In this document: positions 46,011-59,041 of the stretch, piece by piece
Numbering within the stretch: position 1 is the stretch's first letter
Layout: every line of letters begins with the position of its first letter
NCBI GenBank assembly: GCA_023231475.1
Contig: JALJEE010002731.1
Coordinates: 1-59,041, forward strand
Source of the DNA: Seison nebaliae
Taxonomy: Eukaryota
Length of the DNA stretch: 59,041 nt
Direction: 5' to 3'
Notes under the pieces: generated by a model
Seen by the model: the letters and a program-made list of their open reading frames with translations, nothing else
Databases searched by the model: none
What the model was told of the DNA's origin: nothing
Made by a program: the position numbers and the translations under genes

Positions 46011-46604
46011 CGATAATTATTATGAATTGACGTGCAATCATCTACATTTTCAACTAACAATTTTCTAATTATGATCATTATTTTTACCTGCTTCAATATT
46101 TTTTCAGTCACATAAATGGTAATGAAATATCTGAAATTGTTCAGTTGTTCAATGAAAGAGAATTGAAGTTGTATTTGTATTTGTGTTGCAAACAATAAAA
46201 TTATCGATTAAAATCATCAGTTACCTTAAAAACTAATATAAAATTAGAAATAGCTATGTGGATTTCAGCGGAATTTCCAGAATTTGATTTTTTATCATTA
46301 GAAAAATTTATTTTTCCATTCTAAGTTTTTCCACTATTAGTTAATCGATTGTTTATTAAGTTTAGTAGACTTATAACATTCTTAAATATAGTTCAATGAA
46401 TTTGGGGATGGAATTGGAATTTCTACAAAAATTTCTCTTTGGAGAATTGAAAGAAAAGGAATTATGTGGAATCGGCATATGTCATCGGTGGCAGCATCTG
46501 TGAGAGAATTAATAAGTTTCTTTTGTGCATTGTTTAATATCAGCAGCTGTTTTAATCGTTCCTACTAGTGAATTAAATGAAAAATCATATTTCTTAAAAC
46601 AACT

Positions 46605-47892
46605 ATGGAGAATATGATACTTGTATTATTGATATTTGTTCATAATTGGATTTGTTTGTTGACATTGTCGGATTATGATTTCGATTTATTTAGAAAATAT
46701 ATTCGATTTGATCAACATATCGAGGTGAAAGGTGGTGACTTCGATATCGGGATAAATGATCGGCAGAATAATCGAAATGGAGAACATCCGATAAAATTCG
46801 CGAGAATACCATCATTCCGAATTATGCAATATCCGGTGACGAATGTTATGTTCCGAATGTATATGCAAGAAAAAAGTCGATATATGTCATCTGCGGAGAA
46901 AAAGAAATTCTCTTTGGTTTTCTCTAAACTGGTGGATGATAATGGAAAAGTTTTGGAAAAAGAAGTTTCTTCATTTCTATCGTAAACTGTATGAAATGTT
47001 GATTGAAATAGGAATTTACAGATTTCGATAAATCTCTCATCGATTCTGAATCTTATATGGTGCCAGTGATCGATGCACGATGGAATCGACCAGAAGGTGG
47101 AATGAGTTCGGTGAGTGAAATCCGATGGGATCATCCTGTTGTCCATGTCTCATATGACGATGCATTCGCTTTTTGCACATGGAATGGAATGAGATTACCG
47201 AACGAAATGGAATGGGAAGTCGCAGCGAGAGCATCGCAGAAAAGTTAATCTTATTAACATTTCTTCTCTTAAAAATATGGAAATGTGTGAACACTTGAAA
47301 TATAATCGAATTGAAGAATGAATTATAATGGAATTTGGTGATTGAAGTATTATTCTAATTATTTTCTCCCAACAGGAGTCCAATATCCGTGGGGAGAACG
47401 TTGGATGCGAAATCATTCGAATACGTGGCAAGGAAACTTCCCAGATGAAAATCAGAAATTGGATGGACATTATGGTGTGGCATCTGTCGAATATTATGGA
47501 GAACAGAATTCATTTGGAATGTTCGACATGATCGGCAACGTTTGGGAATGGACATCCAGTCAGTTCACAATTTATTCTTCTCACAATTCAAAATTTTCTT
47601 CTTTTTTCTTCTAAGATATTATGCCGATTGGAAAGGTCAACGAACTGACGGTATGACACGTCGCGTATTGAAAGGAACATCATTCCTCAACTGTCGTGAC
47701 GGTCATGAGTACGATGGAGTTTACACGAGAATCTCCTCACGAATCGGTCGCATGGAATCGTATACAGCGCAAAATGTCGGATTTCGATGTGCCCAAACGA
47801 TGGAAGAGAAATATGAACATGCCACACCATCATTTAGACGAGAATTAAGGAAACCGATTGATCATACGAAAATTAATCGGAGAGAATTGTAA
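46605..47892 (+). CDS. SUMF2: Sulfatase-modifying factor 2-like (inactive FGE paralog), ~351 aa, 4 exons
   Basis: FGE-sulfatase motifs HPVVHVSYDDAFAFCTWNGMRLPNEMEWEVAAR, YPWG, NTWQGNFP, DMIGNVWEWT, NVGFRCA. Lacks the SUMF1 CxxxYC catalytic pair; ends RREL. Introns 46965-47011, 47244-47375, 47563-47615. Confidence 0.85.
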
Positions 47893-48527
47893 ATAATTTA
47901 TTTCTTGTTCAAACAATTTTAAAAGATAATAATAAATTTCGTTTTTCTTTATTCTAATTTTTTACGAGTTCTCATAAAATCAACAACTTTCTCTTCACAG
48001 ACATTTGGTGAAGAAGTTTCAGGAGGATGATGAATTGATTATTGATACTATGATAATATGTTGGGGTATATGGAAGATAATTAGAGAGAGGAGTTGGTGA
48101 GGACTAGTATTATTTGTGATTAATTTTATAATGATCATTCTCTTAATGTTTGATAGGAAATGGCATCTGTTATCAGTATCCGGTGGATTGTGTTTCTACT
48201 GCAAATTAATTTGCTCTCCACAATCTTTCTGTTGTCTACAAGTAGAATTTAGTTCAAATGCGAATGCAAACGGAAATTGATCAATCACCTGAAAATTTCT
48301 TTCACAATTTGTGTCTCCATTCTTTTCTAACGATTTCCGTTTGCCGTCGGCGACTATCCAATATGGAGGAAACCAATTAAATCTTTTGGTGTGTGTAGTG
48401 CACATGAAGAAGTTGTTGTGTCGCGTTGGCTTAAGTGGAAATGGAGATGACAGAGAGAGAGAGATTAAATTGAAAAATATGAAATGAAGAAATGTTGGCT
48501 TCAAACGAAATTTGAAAAAAGAAATAA

Positions 48528-48958
48528 ATGCTCTCGATCAGTGAGAGTTTGGTGAACATTCCCAAACGATTCATCGGATATCCCGGTTATTGGATGATGC
48601 GTGATCTGAAAAGACGTGAAATGGTCGTTAGATATTCGGATGAACGATTACGATGGAATGCATTGAAACGAGCGGAAATGCTTCCTCTCGACATACGAGT
48701 TTGACATTTCCATTAAATTATTTAAGGAACTTTTTTCTTTAGAAAGAGGCAACAGAGAAATTGAATGATGAATTGCCCGTCGACTCTCGTTATATCCGAC
48801 TGATTAATCGATGTGCATTAACGTCAAGATCTCGTGGAAATGTGCGAAGATATCGCTTATCTCGAATGATGTGGAGACATGAAGCAGATTACAACAAATT
48901 GGCAGGAGTAGTCCGAGCGAAATGGGCGAAAGCTGGTCCGTCCTGGAAGAATACTTAA
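48528..48958 (+). CDS. MRPS14: Mitochondrial ribosomal protein S14, 128 aa, 2 exons
   Basis: WMMRDLKRREMVVRYSDERLRWNALKR...LP, LPVDS...NRCALTSRSRGNVRRYRLSRMMWRHEADYNKLAGVVRAKW. Intron 48699-48742. Confidence 0.93.
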
Positions 48959-51900
48959 AAAAAACTTCAATTTATTTCAAATTAAATTATTTTCATATGC
49001 TTCTTTTTCTTATGCAGTTGGATGGAGAGGAGTGAGCGATAAGGAGTTTGGGGAGGGGGAAGTGTCTGTGAGTTGGAATTGATAAGAGGAATGAGAGTTG
49101 TTTTTAGTTCGCGTGATTTCACTCGTTCGCTCTCTTATCGTTTTTGAGATTAAATCGTAAAAATATTTCAAGTGTTTTCACTTTCGTCTGAATTTCTGAA
49201 TAAATAAATGAGAATTTTGTTTACCTGAATTGATTATGAAAATAGAATAGCTGCGCGGGGGAGAGTCTAATGGAATCGGTTTGACGACTGCTTCTGTCCC
49301 ACATTATCCGATCTAATTCGTCCACTTATCAGAGGAGCGGAATCTGTAAAAAAAACATGAAACGAATTTCATCGCGCCGTCAGCCATACACATAGGATTG
49401 GAGAGTTCGAGGGGCTGAAGTGAAAGAAGGAAAATCAGATTCTAATTAAAATTCGATGATAGGGCAATCAGCGTCGGTGAATATACCAATTAACAAACGG
49501 TAAGTTTTGCGCACCTTCCATTTAATGATGTTGATTGTCTCGCTAGCACCTCCACCTCTTCCGATGCGGATTAGTCTTCTTATTTTTCCTCCTTTTTTTG
49601 TTCAATTAGATGACGTGAATAAAACAAATTGTCATTCCTTCATATTGACGATAATGTTATGTGGAGAGAAAAACAAGAAGACAATTCGACTAATAGATAA
49701 TTTCCTCATCATCGTCCCATCAATAATAGGATTGTCAATGAGTTGTCGTGGAGGCTTGGTTGTCGATTAGAAGAAATGATTCGACAAGAGGAAACCGAAC
49801 ACTAGAAAAGAAGAGAAAGGAAAGTCATTAAAGATAAACGATGTGTTCTAATTCAGCGCACAAACGACGTTAATCATTCACCGATGTCCTTATTGTTCTT
49901 TCGTCGTTTATTTGCAGTTTATGATGTGGATATAATGAGTGATTTCAATTTTATTCTTCCTAGACGAGTGCCAATGGCATCGATTTCTTTTCCCCAACAA
50001 TATACAAAGTATCATTTGCACTGTCATATTTAATAAAAATGAGACAAAGGCAGATGTCGACCTGTCAAATGTATCGAGCTATATTCGTGAAAGACGGCAT
50101 CGGGCTACAACCATTCGCCTTTCCCCTCCACCTCCCTCACCATCTCCTCCACAAAGTAAAACATTATCATTATACGAATTAGTTATTTGTTGTCGCGTGG
50201 ACTTTTCCGATTCGTTGCCATTGATGTGTGTGTGAGAGTAGTGAGCATTGATTTGTCAGTATGATGTTGCTGATGATCAGGTGTATTCATATTTTTCTTC
50301 CTTCCACTATTTATTCGCAACGGAAAGAAAAGTAATTTAAGAAATCTTTTGTCTTCCTTCTCCACTAACCAAAAGGAAATATAATAATAATGATTTGAAC
50401 AATTCATTCTCCTTTTCTTTCGGCATCAACCGGATTTATTGGCTCATTTCCTGACCTGCTTCCTTCCCTCTCAACAATCCACTGAAAGTTTTCGTATTCT
50501 TCTTAATTCATTCTTCCTTCCTGCTCACAAATTTTCTTCCGACCCATTCAGGTCGAGGTGTTGCTCATCCTTCTATCTCATCTTTAAAGGATCATTGTCT
50601 TTTCTTCGAGCCATTTGTTCTTCCCGAGTTAACACATCTATCATAACAAAAAGAACGAAGGACGCTCCCAATTTCCCCACCTTTATCTCTCGCATCACTC
50701 TCAAGACTCACTTTCTTCTCGACTAACTCAGAAAAATAACTTCTGTTCTCATCGTCTTCCCCAAAAATGTTTTGGTCTTCTCTCTCATAATCAATAATGA
50801 GATAATTATCAAAATTATTATCCTTATCATTCTCGTCATTGTTATTATTAGTAATTGTTGTCATTAGTGATGAGGGGGGAGGACGGAAGGAGAGGGGAGG
50901 GAGAGAATGATTGCATTAGGCACTGGAAGAAGATGAATAAAAAGAAAAAACAATTGGAGTTAGCAAAAGTGCAAATTAAGTTGACTGAACGAAGAAGTAG
51001 CAACTGAGTCGATGAGAAGACAATATAATAATGTCAAAGTGTGTTTGCTCGAAATCGAGTACGTGCAATAAACTCGGATGGCATATAGCGCGAATCACTT
51101 CAACTTTAATTTTTCTTTATCGTTTTCTTCCTCTACGGGAGCAATCGGTTTATTATACGTTCTCGACTTATTATAATGTTTATGTTCACTGCCCACATTG
51201 TCGTCGTTGTCAATGGAAGGAATATTAAATGAATTATCCGAAATTATAGAGAGAAAGAATTCGATGATATGGAGTTCGTATAGTTTGTGCAGCAATCATT
51301 CTACTCGATGTATATGTTCCATCTCTCCATATTTCTCGTCTTCGAATCAGTCCAATAAAAATTATTGTTCTGCTCATGCTCTTTATCGTTGTTGAGTTTC
51401 GACTACATTTGGATTTTGTTGTTGTCTTTCCTTTTCGTCTCCCTCATCGTTGTTCCTTTCTTTACATTCTCCTTTTCCTCCAAATTCTTTTCTCAGATCT
51501 CACCAAATCTATGAGTCGAAAGATGGGAAGAATGATCGATAATTTTTTTTTTATTATTCTCCCTCCAATAAACTATCGAAGGAATGGAATAAATACCTAG
51601 AGACCCTCAATTCAAATTATTGTTATTACACAACTTCACTTCTTGTTGAACGGAGGGAATATGCGATAAGTGTGCGCGAAGTGAATAGCTTATTATTATG
51701 TGAGTTAATGATTGGACATCCAGTTAGCTTGTTCTCTATTGAATGTGAGAGCGAAATTAATGGTAAGTTCGAGTTAATGGCAATCTTTCTTTTATATGTG
51801 AGACGAAAGAAAAGACGAAAGACCCTTCACTCAATCCCGCCACCCATTTCTTTGTTTGGCGTCATCACCTCTCGTATGCACCGAAAGAGAATATAAGTAA

Positions 51901-53698
51901 AATAGAGAGTTTCCTCCTTAATTAACTATTTATTTTTCGTTTTAACTCCATGATATGTAATGTCAGAAGAATTATGTCATATCTATCGGAATCTCTCTCA
52001 TCGATGTGTGCGTATTTGTTTTTGCGTGTGCGTGTGTGTGTGTGTGTGTGTTTATATGTGTGAGTCGAATGGAAGGAGATTGCATGAATTGATCTCAGTC
52101 TCTATATGATTATTTTCCTGTTGATCATTCGAACGAAAAAAAAAAACACTTTTTCCTCCACTCCTGCAAGAATTGAGAAGGGAGCAATATGGAAATTCGT
52201 CTCACCAAAACGAGGGAAAGTAAGAGGGAGAAGAAAGAAGTTAACGAATAGAATGAGCATGCGTGCAATTGTTAACGAATCAGACTTCCTCTTTTGTTGA
52301 CACTGTCGATTTATTTCCTTCCTGACTCGTTTTGATTAATGCGAATTACTTATGCAATTCCTGTTTGTCGTTTCCTTCATAATCCTCTACGATGTTGACA
52401 ATTACAATGAAGACGACGATAACGATTATTGAGAAAAATGATATTTAATAAAAATCTTTAGATAAATATCTTAACAAAATTTATTCGTTTTCAATTCTTT
52501 TCTCATTACATACAGCCTAAAAATCCATCAGGGACAGTAGAGAGAAAGTTTTGAGGATTTTCGTGAGAATATTCCTCCTTTATGAACGGACTATGAAGGA
52601 AATGCGTCGACTGTTCATTAGGAAGGGGTAGAATGAGGTGCCTTTAATTTCCATTTACTTTCAATCAGCAAATAAACGCCCAGAAATGGATGTTTGTGGA
52701 AGTTTGTGGGAGAGAAGAATTTTGAATATTTAACTTTAACTGGATTTCCGTAGTCAATTGCTTAGTCACTTTCTCTCCTCGTCTCCATTAGATTTATGAC
52801 AAACGAATAAGAAAGTATTTAGAGTTTGCGTGTGAAATTGATTTCCTTTCACCTTCTCTTACAGTAGCCTCACTCGGTTTCTTCTTCCATTTAATGTTTA
52901 GTGCCGGATCACGCAACTTACTGGTGGATATGTATTCATTTCCGATAGCAAAGTTTCATTTCTCCTTCTATCATTCTTCTTCATCTATTCATCCTTGTTG
53001 TCGTTGTTGCTGCTGTTAGTTTTGAGTGGCGAAATTATCTCTAGAACTACTAGTAGTTATTGTTAATTATTTTGCTGAGAATTCCTCATTTTCTTTTCGT
53101 TGTTGATTCGTTTTTCTTTGATTGGACGAGAGAAAGATGTATACGACGAAAGAGACGACGACTAGTGTGAGGGGGGACGACGACGACGACGACGACGACT
53201 GTGTCTGTCGGTGGATAGGGGGAAAGAGAAGGAGGAGGAAGGTGAAGGAATAACGTCATATTTGTTCGTGAAATAATTGATACCAGAAAAAACAAATAGA
53301 AGCCGTCGTCATCGTCATCTTTCTCATTTTTTTTGTCGTTGTTCAGTTGTGATGAACGTGCTGCAACTGTTACTATTGTTTGAATAATTCTATTTCTCGT
53401 CATGCAGCGAATGCATGCAAAAGAATTATTCCTTCCTCTCTTCCAATCTTTCCTTTTATTCTTCTTCTTCTTCTTAATAATAAAGTCATTTCTTCATTAC
53501 TAATAATAACATCAGTCGATGGAATAACAAGATATAATAGTGGCTAATTTTTCTTCTAATGAATTTTATCTTATTCTCCCTTCCACCAGATTCCTTCTAT
53601 TTCGTATCATTATATCCATTCTATCTTTCGTGTCACACAAACAGGAGAAGACACAATCACTCACATACTCATATCACTCGTCATTGAAACGAAAAGAT

Positions 53699-56499
53699 AT
53701 GACGACATTTCTCGTTGCGACAACACCACCTAATACGGAATACTTCTCTAAATCCGTCAAACAATCCACGAACAATGATTCGAATAAAATGAATTTATGT
53801 TGCAATCAACTCTCACCTGAAACCAACATCAGTGAACCAGGAACATGTAATCAGTTGAACGGTAGTGCCACCAATATGGAGAAGTTGAACGGTCAGAAAT
53901 TCTCAGTTTTGCCTTCACCATCACCACGATCAAATGGCACCTCCTCCACATCCTCCACCATTTTCCCTTCTCCTAATTCGACTTATTCGAGAGAACGTCG
54001 ACTACCGCCAGGTGAACCATATAATTGGCCACAATACAAGAACGAAAAAGATTATGAATATATCGTTGGAATGGCGACGAAATTAGCGGAAGTGAAGCAG
54101 CAACAGCGACAACAAGAACAGGATCAGGATCTGTTGAATGATCAAAGGAATTTATTGACTATCATCGAACAGAATGGTTGTTGGAATAATGATAATGATT
54201 ATAAGATCGGAAAGAGTTAGTTGATTTAAATTATTTTATTTGATGATTATTATGATGAACAGATAGCAATATAAATGAGAACGAAGTGAAAAATCTGAAA
54301 TTGTATTCGAATGTCTCGGAATTGATGCAGCAATCGACGGAGGAAATGAACGAGTCGACATATGATGAAACGAATCCAATCAGTTTAGTTCACACCTCAT
54401 CTTCTTCTTCTTCTTCTTATTCTTTCTCCCTTCTTTCCAACTAATCAACTTCTACTTGATATGATAATGAATCGCGAGGGAATTATTAATTAACTCATTT
54501 CACTTTATTACTCTTTTATCCCTCGATTATTCGTCGATGATTAGTGTTGTTGTTATAATGAAATTAGGAATTCATGCATTCATTCCCATTCCTCCCAAAT
54601 ATTAACTTCTCATGTTTGATTCCGATATTTCTATGCCCCATACTCATTATTAGCAATTGCCCTTATATGAATAATTGATGAAATAACAGAGAAGGAGAAA
54701 TGGTAGTAATAGAACGTGATGATAGATAAATTCCATTAATTTTTTTCTTCCAGTTTATTATATTGCTCTTTCTCTCTTTTTTCTTCCTTCTAATCGAAAC
54801 CGACTGGTTGAACTCCACCTCGTCGCTCTCCCTCCCCACAAACCATTTCGATAACAAATAGAAAAGATCGACATTATCAAAAATGCAGAAAGTCTATCAA
54901 ATATTTTTCATTCACTTTATTCGCCATCTACTCGCCACACCATCCAAAATACATCCAATTCAACCAATAACAATAATGGAAGTGGTATCGATGAATCGGG
55001 CGGAAATGATTTTGAACTAAAAGTATCACTCGACTCTCTACTATCATATCCGGAGGAGACCGCACAGTCGTTGTTGGAAAATAAAATCAGCAACATATCT
55101 TCTGTCACCACCACCATCTCCATTGCCACCACCACTATCACTACATTGAGTAATATGCAATCGATGAGGAATAAGAAGAACATCTCCTCCTTCAATCTAT
55201 TCGACAATAACACGACGAACAGTAACTTAATTACTACCAATTCAAACTATTGTCCCACTTTATTTGGCGACTATTCGAATTCGGACGCAAAAACTCTTTT
55301 CTCACAATTGGGAAATCAATCCTCCTATTTCTCAACATTACTACAACACAATCAGACGAATGACACACAACCCGAAACGCAGTCGATAGCACCGCAGGAG
55401 CTGCAACCAAATAAGAGGAAATTCAACAACGACATTTCGGACGACTTATTTAATGGGAAGAAAGCGAAACACAACGACAATTCGGTCAATCTCAAAAGTT
55501 ATTATATTTTCCATTCTTTACCAGTTTCCAGTCTTCTCGTTGAGGAGGAGGAGAGACGAAATCTTATTAATCATGTTTAGGAGAATTAGTGTTGAGTTGA
55601 GGATAGCTGGAAGGCATTGACCATTATTTGCACTTAATCGAATGCCACTTAATGTCATTAAGTTAGGAAGAATGAGAAGGAAAACCTGAAAAAGATGGAG
55701 ATTCGTTGAGGGCTGAAATTCAACGATTAGACGTTGGAAATTGAGGAGGAGAATATTAGGAATCATCTACTCAAGATCACCTACTGTTAATGGTTGAGCA
55801 TTAGGAGATTTTTATGATTTCTCCTCCCTATGATTTGTAATTTGCATCTTATTTCTGCTCGAATTCATGTCACGATTAAGCAGATAATTTAGGAAGGAAA
55901 TCTGATAATCGAAACAGTGATCGATGAGTCTAAGTTGAGGTTATGACTAATCAAATTTCATTAGCCATCTGCTGGATTCCATTTATTTGTTTGTGGTAGA
56001 TGATTATTCCAATAAGTTTAAAGGAGAGTGTTGGATGGAATATTAATCAAAAATGAGCGAGATATTTCCTAATTATTCTCATTGGTCCGATTACATCTCA
56101 TTTTCTTTCCTTTTCAATCTTGCAGACACGAACGACGCAAATGACTTATGTCGGCAATTAGTGAAATCGGAAAAGAAGACTGAATTGCAAACGACAAATT
56201 TCCCATCAAATCGATGCTCTACACAAATCTTGAATACGAACGAACAACTTCGACAACAACAACAGCAACAACAGAATTCAAATGACGTTCGACATCGAAC
56301 AAACAATAATTCGTCAACTTCTTCTACATCATCGAATAATTCATTTAATTCTTCATCATCTGCTAATCAATCGATTAGTACATCAGCTTCCGGTGTTTCC
56401 AACAACAACAATACCAACAACAGTAATAATGGTAACAATTCCAATAGTTCTAATAGTAATACGTCTCCCAATAACAACAACAACAATAACAACAGCAAC

Positions 56500-56531
<32 letters not shown>

Positions 56532-57139
56532 CAACAATAGTAATAGTCAAAATCCGAGCAACAGTGGAACTGGACAAATTCAGTTGTGGCAATTCCTCTT
56601 GGAATTGTTGAGTGATACGAACAATGCGAGTATCATTACATGGGAGGGAACGAATGGTGAATTTAAATTGATCGATCCAGATGAAGTAGCGAGGAAATGG
56701 GGAACGAGAAAATCGAAACCGAATATGAATTATGATAAATTAAGTAGAGCTTTACGTTATTATTATGACAAAAATATTATGACGAAAGTGCATGGTAAAC
56801 GATATGCATACAAATTCGATTTCCACGGTCTCGCTCAAATGAGTTGTGGTGCTAATACCAGTAGTCTTACAGGCAATACTACGCATTTAGGTAATCCTTC
56901 AGGTTTAGGAATTGCAGGTGCTGTTAATGTTATGGCAGCGTCACATCACATTAATCAGATGATGATTGCCGCCGCAGCAGCTGCCAATGGTTATACGATG
57001 AATGATCCAAGATTAATCATGTTGATGAATGCTGCAGCTGCCGCACAAAATGATCCTTCACTCTATTCAAGATGTTCCGTCACATCCAATTCTCTTGGTT
57101 TGCATCAGATGGCAGCATTAGCTTCCGTTGCAGCCGCCC

Positions 57140-57176
<37 letters not shown>

Positions 57177-57451
57177 GCAACAACAACATCAGGATCAATC
57201 GATTCATTCGTTTGATTCGAATGGGAATTCTGGTGATGAGATGAAGAGTGAAGAGAAGACGTCATTACCAAACGGTAATCATACTGATGAAACGTCCATT
57301 GATTCCACACACTCCCTAATCAATGTTCCAGTTAAAGCTGAATCAATCGTAGTCAGCAGTAGTTGCGATAACACGAATAATCTTAATGGTAATTCAGCTT
57401 CTTATATGTCGAGTGAAACGGCTTTACAATTATTACGTTTACAACAATATC

Positions 57452-57500
<49 letters not shown>

Positions 57501-57849
57501 GCAGCAGCAACAACAACAACAACGACATGATCAATTTGTCACTCAATCTATCTACCAACAACAACAACAACAACATCAACAACAGCAACATCAACAAAGA
57601 CAACATCAGAATCAGCAATCCGCACAACCGACTGGTCAACAATCGTCAGTTTTAACATCAAGTCTAATGTCCAATTTCCTTTATAACAACGTCACCAGTT
57701 CGAATGGTACCATAACGCCAACCGACAATAATGGTGGTAGTAATACGACTAGGTTAGGTGAAATGAATGAAAAGAAGAAGAATGATTCATTCATTTCGAA
57801 GGAGAAGGAACTGCTAAAACAGTTAGCTCGACCCAATTTATGTCGATGA
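53699..57849 (+). CDS. ETS transcription factor, ERG/FLI1/FEV subfamily (~998 aa from ATG 53699; further upstream exons possible)
   Basis: ETS domain [15 protein letters not shown]...[68 protein letters not shown]. In-frame exon chain via introns 54216-54262, 54383-54861, 55498-56125. No PNT domain recognised. Confidence 0.9.
57139..57610 (+). repeat. (CAA)n poly-Gln coding tracts in the ETS gene
   Basis: Runs at ~57139-57190, ~57443-57522 and ~57556-57610. Confidence 0.9.
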
Positions 57850-58782
57850 ACTGCCATTTTTTTCTTCAAACATTCTCCTTTCTATTCTTTTTATACGTGA
57901 TCTCTAATTATTCGAATCTTTTCCTTTATTTTATTATATTTTCCAACATCATTTATTAAGATATATCATTATCTCTATAAATATTTTTATTTCGTCAAAC
58001 GATCATTTATGGATCAATTCTCCTCAACTAATCAATCCACTCTCTCAGCAAGATTATCATGTCATCAAATGGAACCATCACAATATTCTCTCACCTCAAT
58101 TTATTGCCTTTTTTAAGAAGGTGTTCGATCGCATCCAAATTCCATTTCGACTTGGGACGCATTTTCCATTCTACAATTTCTGCCATACATTTTTACAATT
58201 TTATAAACTATTAGACCGTTAACCTTACATTAATCTCCAACTTAGCATTGACTTATCTGTCTCTGATAAACTTCATTTGATCTCCCACTGTTTGACTTCA
58301 CTGTTTGAAATTGATCTCTATCACTTGAATGATCTAACTGACCGATTGGACTTGTTTGATTTTTCTTCGATCTGTGTCGATTCTTTCGTTTGTCGATAAA
58401 ATCTCTCATGAGTTGTGAAGAATAATGGGAATATGTGAATTTATTTCTTGATTTCATCTCATCATCTAACTAAAAACTGATTTCCACAATATTCCTATAA
58501 CTTTTGAATTGATAATTTACATATAACGTTAGATCACTCCTAGTAAAATATTATTCACGGTAAAAGTCATATGCCTCATTCCATATTAACTCAAGTGTCA
58601 GTTCACGATCTATTACTGGTTCCTTATTGTCCTGTCTTTTCTCTGATGGGTTTTGTAATCGATGCTGTTCTTCGACACCTGAATGAAGAAAGCGTTATAG
58701 TTTATTCTACCCCGTACTCTTCGAATTTGTTTTTAACTTTGTTTTAAGTTATCATATTGGTGAAGATTAATTTGAATGAGAA

Positions 58783-59041
58783 TTTTTTTTTTTTTTATTT
58801 TTTTTTTATTTTAAGACGCGGAATGCCCATAGGGTAAAGCGTAAAGAAAATCAATAAGTGAAGGAAAATTGTTACCGGAAATAAACTCACGACCACGAGA
58901 CAACCCATCCCTCAGATGAATAGGAATAAATGATTCGAGATTAAAATTGCTTACGAGTCCTTCCAACTCTTCCATGGAGATGGGATATTGTAAGGCATAG
59001 TATTGGCAGAAAAATTTTGCAGGACTGTTGAATTGTTCACA
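58783..59041 (-). mobile_element. Possible 3' end of a non-LTR retroelement or retroposed copy (ORF tail plus A-rich tail)
   Basis: The frame is open from the window edge to TAA at 58813-58811 (CEQFNSPAKFFCQYY...REFISGNNFPSLIDFLYALPYGHSAS*), followed immediately by aataaa and A10-T-A14. Confidence 0.35.

Noticed and set aside
56091..57869. Short alternate-frame and antisense ORFs over the ETS exon
   Set aside because: Low-complexity shadows of poly-Q/N codons.

Overview
AT-rich, very gene-dense metazoan nuclear DNA with tiny spliceosomal introns, mostly 44-70 nt. A compact spiralian genome is my inference only. Genes in order: 5' end of an SLC20/PiT phosphate transporter, class III POU, CFAP44, GLG1, an SLC35D nucleotide-sugar transporter, a kizuna-like small ORF, an intronless 2414-aa protein (possibly a very divergent INTS1), NDUFS6, a divergent SMAD, CHMP7-like, an ARM-like (RAP1GDS1-like) protein, a hypothetical ORF, MESD, SUMF2, MRPS14 and an ERG/FLI/FEV-family ETS gene. 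The window ends in a possible retroelement 3' end. I rebuilt 30 introns by hand and all restore full-length reading frames. Their 5' splice sites are strongly atypical: 27/30 start GTT, none is GT(A/G)AGT, and all 24 donors lacking exonic -1 G are GTT. AAG acceptors are frequent and 3' site choice appears length-based. There is also an operon/trans-splicing-like 34-bp junction with an RFX X-box over a start codon. All homology calls come from remembered family motifs, not database searches.
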